From contig CAZAJF010000012.1 of the NCBI GenBank assembly GCA_964485395.1, forward strand, positions 1-56,387: a DNA stretch of 56,387 nt. The letters run 5' to 3'. The translations under genes were made by a program, and so were the position numbers. Below are positions 1 through 8,804 of this stretch, one piece after another; positions within the stretch are counted from its first letter, which is position 1, and each line of letters starts with the position of its first letter. The notes beneath the pieces are model-generated. The model saw nothing but the letters and a program-made list of their open reading frames with translations. It was not told the DNA's origin and did no database searches. This stretch comes from an uncultured Treponemataceae bacterium. GTDB taxonomy: Bacteria > Spirochaetota > Spirochaetia > Treponematales > UBA12059.

Positions 1-189
1 CGGTATCGGATCGAGCCGCGAGGTGATGATCGCCTCGCTCGCCGAGCCCGCCATGATCATGATCGTCTTCACGCTGGCGCTGATCGCCGGATCGACTCAG
101 CTTTCCACCATGGCTGCGTTCATGGCGTCATCGGTAGTCGGTTTGCGCGTTTCGCTGGCGCTGGCGCTGATTGCACTCATCATGGTCGC

Positions 190-439
190 GGTCGCCGAAA
201 ACGGGCACTTTCTCGCCCCCGTCCGCCGCCAGGAGTATGCGATCCACGGCGTCTTCCATATCCTTGAACAGGAACGGGTTCCGCATGAAGCGGGGGTCGT
301 CCTCCAGGAAAAAGAGCAGATCCTCGGGGGCGACGATTCCTCGGCGCGCGAGAATGGAAGCCGAGAGCAAATCCAGGTTATACGATGCGGCCAGTTCTTT
401 TATCACGGCTCCCGAAACGTCCCGCTTTTTCCATCTCAT
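190..439 (-). pseudogene. recJ: recJ 5' fragment (single-stranded-DNA exonuclease RecJ, N-terminal ~85 codons only)
   Basis: Minus-strand translation from ATG at 439..437 gives MRWKKRDVSGAVIKELAASYNLDLLSASILARRGIVAPEDLLFFLEDDPRFMRNPFLFKDMEDAVDRILLAADGGEKVPVFGDRDHDE. This matches the RecJ N-terminus including the DxD motif I (VFGDxDxD). Similarity stops near 190 and the frame then runs into low-complexity residues and a stop at 128. The ATG overlaps the upstream TGA (ATGA). Confidence 0.55.
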
Positions 440-1746
440 AATGAAGAAATTTCCTTGATGATCAATTTCGTATCCGTGGGCTTCGCCGAATCGATGCGGA
501 GCGAGGCTTCCACGAGACTCCAGGCGCCGTTCATGGAGGACTCGTCGCGGGCATACACGCGCGCGATCAGGTCGCCCTTCTTCACCGCGGCGCCTTTTAC
601 GCGCTCGAAGATGAACCCCACGTCCGGCTGCACGGGATCGGTGGTCTTGTTCCGGCCCACGCCCAGGTACACGCCCGCAAGGCCTATCTTGTAGGCGTCG
701 ATGGAGCCGATGAAGCCGTCTTTCGGTGCTGTAAACTCGCGTACGACCGGCGCGCGGTAGGTACCGTACAGCGCCAGCATTTTTTCCCCATCGCCGCCCT
801 GCGTCTTTACGTTGCGTATGAACAGCTCGTAGGCCTTTCCCGACTCCACGGCTTCCTTGCAGAGGACGATGGCGTCGTCCACGTTTTTGCTGATGCCGCC
901 GGCTACGAGCATCCAGCCGCACAGGCGATAGCTCACTTCCATGAGATCGGCCGGGCCTTTGCCCTTGAGGCAGTCGATGGTTTCCTCGATCTCGAAGAAA
1001 TTTCCCACCTTCAGGCCCAAGGGTTCGGTCATGTCCGTGATGACGCCTACCACGCGCTTGCCCATGGCGTTGCCCGTCTTTACGAGGCTGTTGGCCAGGC
1101 GCTCGGCGGCTTCCACCGTTTTCATGAAGGCGCCCGGGCCGCTCTTTACGTCGAACACGAGCGCGTCCGAACCTTCGGCCACCTTCTTGGAAAGTATGCT
1201 TGCGGTTATGAGCGGTACCGATTCCACGGTAGCGGTCACGTCCCGCAGGGAATACAGTTTTTTGTCGGCCGGAACGATAGTGTCCGTTTGGCCGGTCATC
1301 GCGAAGCCGTCTTTGGCTATATAGTCGCGAAAGCGGGTTTCGTCCAGCCGGGTGGTGTAACCCGGAATGCTTTCAAGCTTGTCCAGGGTGCCGCCGGTGT
1401 GGCCCAAGGCGCGGCCGGACATCATGGGCACCTGTACGCCGCAAGCCGCCACGATAGGCGCCAGCAGCAACGACACCTTGTCGCCCACCCCGCCGGTGGA
1501 ATGCTTGTCCACGAAGGGCCCCTTGAGGCCCGAAAGGTTCATGACGGTGCCCGACTTGAGCATCAGGTCGGTGAGGGCCGCCGTTTCGTCGAAGCTCATG
1601 CCCTTGAAGAAAACCGCCATAAGCCAGGCGGAAACCTGATATTCGGGGATTTCTCCGGATACGTAGCCGTTTACCAGAAACGCGATCTCTTCGCGGGAAA
1701 GCTCCAGGCCGTCCCGTTTCTTCATGATGATGTCTACCGCTCTCAT
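436..1746 (-). CDS. pyrimidine-nucleoside (thymidine) phosphorylase
   Basis: 436 aa ORF with the HSTGGVGDK phosphate-binding signature and overall family pattern. ATG start with AAGGAG RBS on the minus strand. Confidence 0.9.
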   Translation of the reverse strand: MRAVDIIMKKRDGLELSREEIAFLVNGYVSGEIPEYQVSAWLMAVFFKGMSFDETAALTDLMLKSGTVMNLSGLKGPFVDKHSTGGVGDKVSLLLAPIVAACGVQVPMMSGRALGHTGGTLDKLESIPGYTTRLDETRFRDYIAKDGFAMTGQTDTIVPADKKLYSLRDVTATVESVPLITASILSKKVAEGSDALVFDVKSGPGAFMKTVEAAERLANSLVKTGNAMGKRVVGVITDMTEPLGLKVGNFFEIEETIDCLKGKGPADLMEVSYRLCGWMLVAGGISKNVDDAIVLCKEAVESGKAYELFIRNVKTQGGDGEKMLALYGTYRAPVVREFTAPKDGFIGSIDAYKIGLAGVYLGVGRNKTTDPVQPDVGFIFERVKGAAVKKGDLIARVYARDESSMNGAWSLVEASLRIDSAKPTDTKLIIKEISSL

Positions 1747-1838
1747 AGTAACTCCTTGCAGGAAAAGTCCTTGCTAAACAACGCGCGGAACGGGATATTC
1801 GCACGCGCTTTCGCGATAAAAAATTGCGTATAGGGCGA

Positions 1839-2630
1839 TCAGCGGAGCCGTTCCAGCTGATTCAGGGTTTTCAAGGGCGAATCGGCGGCCTGGCGAACGA
1901 TATCCAGCGTGCAGGTTTCCAGCGCCGCCAGCGCCTCAGCGGCCAGGCCGATCCTGGTGGCCTGCGCAAAAGGCAGATCCAAGGTTTTCTGCAGCCACAC
2001 GATGGCGCCCGCCGGAATATCCACGTACGATTCGCCGTATTCCGCTTCAGCCCGGCACCCGGCGCAGACGAAACCGGCGTGCGATCGGGCATACGAGTGT
2101 ATCGCATTAGGCACGATTGTTCCAGCGCACAGGCAGCAGGATTCGGAATCTGGAAGCATGCCCATGACCAGAAGCGCACGCAGGCAAAACTGCACGAGCA
2201 CCGGCAGGTGGGCGGCGGGCGGAATCGCGCCCGACCTTGAAGAAAGCATGGTCTCGAGCGCCAGGAGCGTATCGTGCACCAGCGAAAAGGCCGACGCGCC
2301 GTCCCCGCCGAGCGCCGAGGTTTCGCTTATGAATTCCGACACGAAACCCGCCACGGACAGGGCTTCCAGGTTGGTGCGTATGGAAGGAAACTCGATCAGC
2401 GCGTCAAAATCGCTGAGTTTGATGAAATCTTTCTGGGTATCGCGGTAGAGCCAGGCCCGCCCTTCGTGCCAGGGAGCCGCCAGCGAGCGCAGCTTGCTTT
2501 TGGACCCGCCGAACATGAAGCTGTCTATTACGCCGTCCTCTGCCGTGAGGAGCGAGACTACCCTGCCGCCCGACGGAATCTCGCGCGAGCGCAAGACGAT
2601 GCCGTCCACGGAAAAATTGCGTTGACTCAT
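1839..2630 (-). CDS. recO: DNA repair protein RecO
   Basis: ORF 1839..2639. N-terminal OB-fold-like region and a C-terminal CxxC...CxxC zinc finger (CCLCAG...CAGC) typical of RecO. The first ATG is at 2630..2628; the ORF track begins with TTG at 2639. Confidence 0.8.
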   Translation of the reverse strand: MSQRNFSVDGIVLRSREIPSGGRVVSLLTAEDGVIDSFMFGGSKSKLRSLAAPWHEGRAWLYRDTQKDFIKLSDFDALIEFPSIRTNLEALSVAGFVSEFISETSALGGDGASAFSLVHDTLLALETMLSSRSGAIPPAAHLPVLVQFCLRALLVMGMLPDSESCCLCAGTIVPNAIHSYARSHAGFVCAGCRAEAEYGESYVDIPAGAIVWLQKTLDLPFAQATRIGLAAEALAALETCTLDIVRQAADSPLKTLNQLERLR

Positions 2631-2741
2631 GGTAGACAACTATCAGGAATGCGGGCCGCGCTGTCAAGTACGGCGAAATTTCCTGTCAAACGCCCTTGCG
2701 TCCCGGTTGCGATTGCACAAGAATTGTCAACGGAGGCACCT

Positions 2742-3530
2742 ATGATTTTTATTCCTATCGGCTTGGCGGGAATCGCCGTAATTCTGTTCTTTGTGGGTCG
2801 CGGCCAGAATAAAAAGGCCTATGACATGAAATCCGTGCAGACGTCCACGGCGGCGGAGCTCGCGCGGTCGGCGGCGGACGTATCCAAGGAAATCGGCGTC
2901 GGCTCGTTCAGCCAGCAGGCTGAAGTCAAAGGTACGGCGGAATGCGCATCGCCCCTGAAGTCAGAGATGAACGGCAGCGACTGCGTATGGTACCGGTCCA
3001 CGGTTACGCGCGAGTATGAAGAAAGCTATACCGAGCGCGACAGCGAGGGACACACCAAGACCGGAACCAGGCGCGGCTCGGAAACCGTTTCGTCCAACGA
3101 GCGAAGCGTACCCTTCCAGCTTCGCGATGAAAGCGGCACCATTACCATAGATCCCGAAGGCGCCAGCATCGACGGCGAACGAATCGTGTCCCAGTTCGAG
3201 CAAGGCGACCGCGGCCCATCCCTGTCCTTCGGCAACTTCAGGCTGAACCTGGGTGCGCTCGGCAGCGGCAGGCGCACCATCGGCTACAAGCTTGAAGAAT
3301 GGGCCATTACCCTGGGCAAGCGCCTGTATGTCTTGGGCGAGGCGCGCGACGACGAGAATCGCCTGCGCATCGGCAAACCGGCCAAAAAGGGCGAACGCTT
3401 CATCATCTCGGTAAAGAGCGAGGAAGACCTCACCAAGTCGGCCGAATCCGGCGCCAAGATCATGTCAATCGTCGCCATCGTGCTGGGAGTCGGGGCAATC
3501 GTTTCGGCGGTGGTGATACTGTTTTTCTGA
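2742..3530 (+). CDS. membrane protein with N- and C-terminal TM helices, GIDE-domain-like
   Basis: ATG at 2742 preceded by GGAGG. Hydrophobic N-terminus (MIFIPIGLAGIAVILFFVG), about 200 aa soluble middle domain, hydrophobic C-terminus (IMSIVAIVLGVGAIVSAVVILFF). The architecture is typical of bacterial GIDE (E3-ligase-like) family proteins. Confidence 0.55.
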   Translation: MIFIPIGLAGIAVILFFVGRGQNKKAYDMKSVQTSTAAELARSAADVSKEIGVGSFSQQAEVKGTAECASPLKSEMNGSDCVWYRSTVTREYEESYTERDSEGHTKTGTRRGSETVSSNERSVPFQLRDESGTITIDPEGASIDGERIVSQFEQGDRGPSLSFGNFRLNLGALGSGRRTIGYKLEEWAITLGKRLYVLGEARDDENRLRIGKPAKKGERFIISVKSEEDLTKSAESGAKIMSIVAIVLGVGAIVSAVVILFF

Positions 3531-3550
3531 AAGACGAATTGGGCATCCGC

Positions 3551-3570
3551 AAGCCGCGCGGCTTTTCGGG
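3551..3570 (+). terminator. weak hairpin plus short T-run downstream of the GIDE-like gene
   Basis: aagccgcgcggctt followed by ttc. Confidence 0.3.
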
Positions 3571-3864
3571 TGCCCTTCCTCAGTGCAGGCTTGCCTTGTC
3601 CCCACGGTCATGGACAATCTCCAAGCGGGACCTAATGAAACCCAGCGATATAATCCGCAAAAAAACCTCTACCCCGGGCTGAAGGCGACCATATTCCTTG
3701 GAGCACCGAGGTTTCGCATTATCCGTAAAGCAGGCATGCGCAGACGAAGGATTGATCATAATATGCTCAAAGGCACTTATAGATGATTCCCGGTTTTGCT
3801 ACTCTTGACTAAACCATGGCTTTTATCGATTATCCTCAAGTTCGACAAACAAGGAAGGTTCAGC

Positions 3865-4275
3865 ATGGAAGATAAGAATTACCTGTACAGCCTTGATTTC
3901 GTGGTGCGCGATTATGAATGCGACCTGCAGGGAATCGTGAATAACGCCAACTACCTGCATTATATGGAACATGCCAGGCACCAATTCCTGCTGGAGCAGA
4001 ACATCGATTTCGCAAAATTACATGCGGAGGGCGTAGATCTTGTCGTTTCCCGCATCGAGATCGACTACAAACAGTCGCTTAAAAGCCGCGACGCGTTTAC
4101 CGTAAAGCTGGCCGTCTATAAAGAGGGTCAGCTGCGCATAATTTTCGATCAGGAGATTCGTAAGCATGGAACGGATGCGCTTGTCGTCCAAGCCAAGGTC
4201 ACCGGCGTATGCGTCAAAGCCGGGAGGCCGGTAAAGCCCGAAACCGTTCCAGGCCTCGCGGGGCTGAAGCTTTAA
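3865..4275 (+). CDS. acyl-CoA thioesterase, hotdog fold (YbgC/4HBT family)
   Basis: ATG at 3865 with GGAAGG RBS. Sequence LDFVVRDYECDLQGIVNNANYLHYMEHARHQFL is characteristic of 4HBT thioesterases. Confidence 0.8.
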   Translation: MEDKNYLYSLDFVVRDYECDLQGIVNNANYLHYMEHARHQFLLEQNIDFAKLHAEGVDLVVSRIEIDYKQSLKSRDAFTVKLAVYKEGQLRIIFDQEIRKHGTDALVVQAKVTGVCVKAGRPVKPETVPGLAGLKL

Positions 4276-4298
4276 CAAGGTGCTGAAAAACCGGCCGC

Positions 4299-6425
4299 CT
4301 ATTTTTCCATCGCTCTCGGAAAGCGGATGCTGCAATGCGTGCCGACATCGTTCGCCAGCACCAGGGTTCCGCCCAATTGCTCAGCGAGCGAACGCACCAA
4401 GATGAAACCCAGGGTTGCGCCCTCGCGATGCACCGACGGCAATCCGATGCCGTCATCGATAACCTGAAGCTCGAAATATCCATCGGCGCGCGGCTTCAGG
4501 ACGATGGAAATTTCCCCGCGGCGTTCCTCGGGAAAGGCGTACTTGAACGCGTTGGTCATCAGTTCGTTTAAAATAAGCCCGCAGGGAATCGCCTGGTCTA
4601 TCGGCAGCAGGACGCCCGCGGCATCGATCCGAATTCCTACCCTCCCGCCGGAATCGTAAATGTCCAGGATTACTTGGGTAAGGCGCTGCATATACGGGCT
4701 CATGTCGATATGGCCGAAATCGCCGGATTCATACAGCACTTTGTGCACCAGCGACATCGCCATGATTCGGTCCCTGCTGTTCTGAAAGGCTTTTATCGCC
4801 TCTTGCGGCGTTTTTATATAGGAAGATTGAAGGCTCAAGAGGCTGGAGATGACATTCAGGTTGTTTTTCACCCGGTGATGTATCTCCCGCAGCAGAATCT
4901 CCTTTTCCCTGAGGCTCCGCCTGAGCTTGGCTTCCGCGCTTTTGCGCTCGGTAATGTCCCGCAGGAAAGAGACCAGCCGGCCGCCGTTGATATCATGGTA
5001 TTGCACGCTCACCTCGACGTCGAACGAAGTACCGTCTTTTCTCCGATGCCGTGTCTCAAAACGGCCCGTTCCCTCTTTTTGAATTTGAGCCATGTGGGCA
5101 GATGTCTCGGCGGAGGTCTCCTCCGCTTCAATATCAGAAATCGTCATGGAGGTTAATTCCTGCTGGGTATAGCCGCTCATCGAGCAATACGCAGCGTTCA
5201 CCTCCATGATCCTTCCCTGCGCATCCAACATCCAAAAACCATCCATGGCCGCCTGCAAGATCGTTTGCCGCTGTTCCTCGTTTTGCCGCAAAGCTGCGGT
5301 ACCGCCGTAGACCCGGCCTTCCAGCTCCTGGTTCCAGGACTGAAGCCGACCGACCATGTCGTTGAATACGGAAACGAACTTGCCGATCTCGGATTCCCCG
5401 CTTCCTGCGGCCCGCGCGGAAAGATCGCCGGCCTCGATCCGCTTGGCCACGGCAATGAGGTTTTTTACGGGTCTCGAGATTAGGCTGGCCAAGAGGACGG
5501 AAACGAGGATTCCAAGCACAAGCATGAAGAGCCATATGGCGCATTGCCGGGCGAGATCGGCCCAGGCAGGCTCCAGTACGCGCGCGCGGTCCATCCTCAG
5601 AACCAGCGCAAAGGCGAGCCCGCTGTCCAGGCGCACGTGGCGATGATACGCCAGAACCATGGCTCCGTTTTCATCGACGCCCTCGTACGGGCCGTCGATC
5701 CCCGAGAGCGCGAGGGAAAACGGCGGGAACGAGATGGCATCGGCGTCATATTCCGTACGCGCCACATCGCCGGAAGAATCGCCGCCATACTGGATTATGC
5801 GCGAGTCTTTTTGCATCGCGACGCTGCTCGTAAGGTTTCGCGGAAAAAAATCGCTTGACGACCAGAGCAGGGAGGTAAGGGCTCCCTCGATATCGTAGTC
5901 GGCGATCAGGTTGGCGCTTACGCGTTCCCTCTTCCTGGTGGCAAAAACCAGGCGCGAAATTCGCAGGCAGGGCCGGCCTCCCGTACCCCGGTCAATAGTT
6001 ATAATTTCTTCATAACCGGGATTCCGGTCCGCGAACGCGGTCCTCGAGCCCGGACTTTCGGGAAATTCCAACGATATGGAGTCGAGGCTGCTGCTCGATC
6101 TCTTGAATGATTCCAGACGGCCTTGCACGTCGCCGGTAAGGTCTTCTTTGCCCGTAATCGGCTTCATGAACGGCAGCGATCGGGCCAATCCCTCGATGTC
6201 GCTCCTGCTGTCCAAAAACCAAGCATGCACGCGCTCGGCCAGCAATCCGGAAACGACGCTCATCTCGTCGAACGCCTTGACCCGGTAACGGCCGAATTTA
6301 CCGTAATTGTCCGTTCCCGGGATTCCCCAGGTATCAAGGCCGATGATGATGGCCATGAACAGCATGATAAGCACGCTGAATGAGGCGACGAGGCGTTTTC
6401 TGAAACTTGCGGGAATCAATTTCAA
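4299..6425 (-). CDS. membrane sensor histidine kinase (periplasmic sensor, HAMP, PAS, HisKA_2, HATPase_c)
   Basis: 708 aa with two TM segments. PAS region (WMLDAQGRIMEVNAAYCSMSGY), HisKA_2 H-box (EIHHRVKNNLNVISSLLSLQ) and ATPase G-boxes (DDGIGLP). TTG start overlaps the stop of the upstream SBP gene (TTGA). Confidence 0.85.
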   Translation of the reverse strand: MKLIPASFRKRLVASFSVLIMLFMAIIIGLDTWGIPGTDNYGKFGRYRVKAFDEMSVVSGLLAERVHAWFLDSRSDIEGLARSLPFMKPITGKEDLTGDVQGRLESFKRSSSSLDSISLEFPESPGSRTAFADRNPGYEEIITIDRGTGGRPCLRISRLVFATRKRERVSANLIADYDIEGALTSLLWSSSDFFPRNLTSSVAMQKDSRIIQYGGDSSGDVARTEYDADAISFPPFSLALSGIDGPYEGVDENGAMVLAYHRHVRLDSGLAFALVLRMDRARVLEPAWADLARQCAIWLFMLVLGILVSVLLASLISRPVKNLIAVAKRIEAGDLSARAAGSGESEIGKFVSVFNDMVGRLQSWNQELEGRVYGGTAALRQNEEQRQTILQAAMDGFWMLDAQGRIMEVNAAYCSMSGYTQQELTSMTISDIEAEETSAETSAHMAQIQKEGTGRFETRHRRKDGTSFDVEVSVQYHDINGGRLVSFLRDITERKSAEAKLRRSLREKEILLREIHHRVKNNLNVISSLLSLQSSYIKTPQEAIKAFQNSRDRIMAMSLVHKVLYESGDFGHIDMSPYMQRLTQVILDIYDSGGRVGIRIDAAGVLLPIDQAIPCGLILNELMTNAFKYAFPEERRGEISIVLKPRADGYFELQVIDDGIGLPSVHREGATLGFILVRSLAEQLGGTLVLANDVGTHCSIRFPRAMEK

Positions 6426-7573
6426 GGTTGGTTTTTCCCTTCTTCAAGTCCATCGAGACGATCAGGGGCGTAGTCGAATTCTTCCAGCTTCCATTTCCTG
6501 CCGTCTTGGAGCACTTCCGGAAGGAAGGTCGTATCGAAGCGGTCGCGGATCTTTTTCCACTCCGCATCGGCAGGCAGCAGGCCGCTTGCCTTGAGGAATT
6601 CAAGCTGCTGATACGGTTCGCCATTTTCATCCCGGATCGTCAGCGGCAGCAAGGGAAAGGAAGGATTGTCAATGGTGGCCCTGCGGAGTATCCGAACCCA
6701 GTTTTTATTTATCTCGATCGCGGATTTGCCGGAAAAATCGATATTGGCTTTTTGCACCCACCCGAGAAGCGAATAAATATTGTCGTCGCCGCCCTTGCAC
6801 CAGCGGGTACAGCGGGCGTATGCCGCGAGGATGGCTTTGAGAATCTCCGGATTCCGGTCTGAAAAACCTCTGCCCGCCATCACGTATCCGTATATCTCGG
6901 ATTTGGCGAGCGCTGAAGTTCCCGGAAAACTATCGAGGACGGTCGTCGTCGTAGGCTCGTATGTCGTGATGACGTCTACCCGTTTTTCACGAAGCGCGAG
7001 TTCCATTTCATTGATGGCCAGCGGCACCGACACGATGTCGTCCATGCCCAGATGCGCCGCTTTCAGGGTTCTGAAAACGGCGAAGTGCATTACCGAGCCG
7101 GGAAGGTACCCGATCCGTTTGCCTTTCAAGGCGGAAGGAGCAAGGCTGCTGCCGGAAATAAGCGCGCAGGTATGAATTCCCGAAACGGCATAGATTCCAA
7201 AATCATGGCGAAACACATTGCTGAAGGCGGGAATGTCTCCCAAGACCATGATATCCAGGCGGCCATCGCCGTAAGGCAACATCTCCGGCCCGTTTTTATA
7301 ACCGTGTCCCCGCAGCGTCCATCCCTGCTCAGCCAATTGTTTTTGCAGAACCCGGTCATGGAACAATGCCTCGGCGGAATTCAATCCGTTGGGCAGGTAG
7401 CCAAAATCGATGATTTTCGACTCGTCTCCGGTGCCATAATCATAGCTATCATAGTTTATCGGGACCGAAATGACGGTCGCCAAGGCAGGTTTCGTTTCCT
7501 TGCAGCCCGGAAAGATAAAAAACAAGGATAATGTCACAAGCCAAAAACACGTACGACCGCTTTTTTTGATCAT
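6422..7573 (-). CDS. periplasmic substrate-binding lipoprotein (NMT1/SsuA-like SBP)
   Basis: Lipoprotein signal with lipobox (LFFIFPGC). SBP-like body (GYLPGSVMHFAVFRTLKAAHLGMDDIVSVPL). Co-directional with the kinase and overlapping it by 4 nt. Confidence 0.8.
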   Translation of the reverse strand: MIKKSGRTCFWLVTLSLFFIFPGCKETKPALATVISVPINYDSYDYGTGDESKIIDFGYLPNGLNSAEALFHDRVLQKQLAEQGWTLRGHGYKNGPEMLPYGDGRLDIMVLGDIPAFSNVFRHDFGIYAVSGIHTCALISGSSLAPSALKGKRIGYLPGSVMHFAVFRTLKAAHLGMDDIVSVPLAINEMELALREKRVDVITTYEPTTTTVLDSFPGTSALAKSEIYGYVMAGRGFSDRNPEILKAILAAYARCTRWCKGGDDNIYSLLGWVQKANIDFSGKSAIEINKNWVRILRRATIDNPSFPLLPLTIRDENGEPYQQLEFLKASGLLPADAEWKKIRDRFDTTFLPEVLQDGRKWKLEEFDYAPDRLDGLEEGKNQP

Positions 7574-7607
7574 TTTTCGTCTTCTTGCATAAAAGCCTCA
7601 GCTACCT

Positions 7608-7638
7608 TAATTTTTAGCGTCTTTTTTTAAAATGTCAA
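7608..7638 (-). promoter_or_regulatory. sigma70-like promoter for the SBP-kinase operon
   Basis: Minus strand reads TTGACA, then 16 nt, then TAAAAAT. It sits about 40 nt upstream of the SBP ATG. Confidence 0.4.
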
Positions 7639-7830
7639 GGTGAAGAAAGTTCTTATATATCAGTTTTATTGCGCTTGTCCCGCGCGATTATTCCACCCTG
7701 TCTATCTGTAAATATTTCTTGGCACTGTTAAAACCGCACACGAGCGTTATTATCAGGGGTAGAGCCTCCTCCCTGTTCATGCCCCGAGTGAAGTCAAAAA
7801 AACCGATGGTTCTTGCGCATCAGTTTCGTC

Positions 7831-7836
7831 TATAAT
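7831..7836 (+). promoter_or_regulatory. TATAAT -10 box 6 nt upstream of the methyltransferase ATG (possible leaderless transcript)
   Basis: The sequence tcTATAATggccggATG has no SD. The spacing places the TSS at or next to the ATG at 7843. Confidence 0.35.
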
Positions 7837-7842
7837 GGCCGG

Positions 7843-8781
7843 ATGGCCGAATCATCGAAAAAGAATAATTTCTACGCCGTCAGCTACCCCGTCGCGGAGG
7901 AATGCATATGCCGCATGGAAATAAACGCCTTGTTCCGGGAAGAGATCGACAAAAAATATTTTTTTTCGGATATAAAAATCGATCCCTCGCGAAGCCCGTA
8001 TATCAGGCATTCTCTCTTCATTTTTTGCCGGGAAGGCTCGTTGGAAGGGCTCGTGGACTACATACATGAACGCAAGCTCGCGTTCCATAATTTCAAGTTC
8101 GCCCATTTCGCGGCAGAAGGCGATGAATTGGGCTACGCGGATTGGATTACCTGCGTAACCAGGCTCGGAGCGGCGATAGACGGCGAAGCCGACATGCACT
8201 CCCCGTCGGTGTTGTTGGGGCTCGCGAAAATAGAAGGACTCTGGTTATTCGGGGAGTATGCGAGAAACGATAACGAGTGGCGGAAGCATGACGGAAAGCC
8301 GCACAAAAACAGCCACTCCGTGGGCTTGATACTGGCGCGAGCCTTGGTGAATATCGCGGTGCAGGACGCTCACGGCTGTACCTTGGTGGATCCCTGCTGC
8401 GGCATAGGAACGGTCGTCATCGAGGCGCTATCCATGGCAGTTGACGTAAAAGGATATGAAATAAACGGTTCCATCGCCGAAAAAGCTAAGGAAAACTTAG
8501 TTTTTTTTGGATATCGCGATGTTATCAGGACGGGCGACATGCACGAAATCAAGGATTTTTTCGATGCGGCCATCGTTGACATGCCCTATGGATTATTCAC
8601 TCCCGTTACCCGGGAATCTCAGTTGGACCTTATAAAAACGGCGCGAAGGATCGCGCGACGCCTTGTGCTGCTTACGTTCGAGGACATGGATGACGCTATT
8701 ACGGCGGCAGGCTTTTCGATCGTCGATGCATGTACCATCGCCAAAGGCCACCTGACGCGCTATGTTCGGGTATGCCTCTAG
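7843..8781 (+). CDS. class I SAM-dependent RNA methyltransferase (UPF0020/RlmL-like, DPPY-type)
   Basis: Contains the SAM-binding motif VDPCCGIGTVVIEA and the catalytic-type motif DMPYG. First ATG at 7843; the ORF track starts at TTG 7813. Confidence 0.75.
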   Translation: MAESSKKNNFYAVSYPVAEECICRMEINALFREEIDKKYFFSDIKIDPSRSPYIRHSLFIFCREGSLEGLVDYIHERKLAFHNFKFAHFAAEGDELGYADWITCVTRLGAAIDGEADMHSPSVLLGLAKIEGLWLFGEYARNDNEWRKHDGKPHKNSHSVGLILARALVNIAVQDAHGCTLVDPCCGIGTVVIEALSMAVDVKGYEINGSIAEKAKENLVFFGYRDVIRTGDMHEIKDFFDAAIVDMPYGLFTPVTRESQLDLIKTARRIARRLVLLTFEDMDDAITAAGFSIVDACTIAKGHLTRYVRVCL

Positions 8782-8804
8782 CGATTATACGGTGGCCGTC
8801 CGCT

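Noticed and set aside
23-922. Long ORFs 23..694 (+) and 128..922 (-) in the ORF track
   Set aside because: Both are read-through or antisense frames across pdp and the recJ fragment. Only the first ~190 nt of the + frame look protein-like and only 190-439 of the - frame look RecJ-like. The rest is frame noise in GC-rich DNA.
2274-2741. N-terminal 156 codons of ORF 2274..3530 overlapping recO
   Set aside because: This stretch is antisense to recO. The real gene starts at the ATG at 2742, which has a GGAGG RBS and begins the hydrophobic N-terminus.
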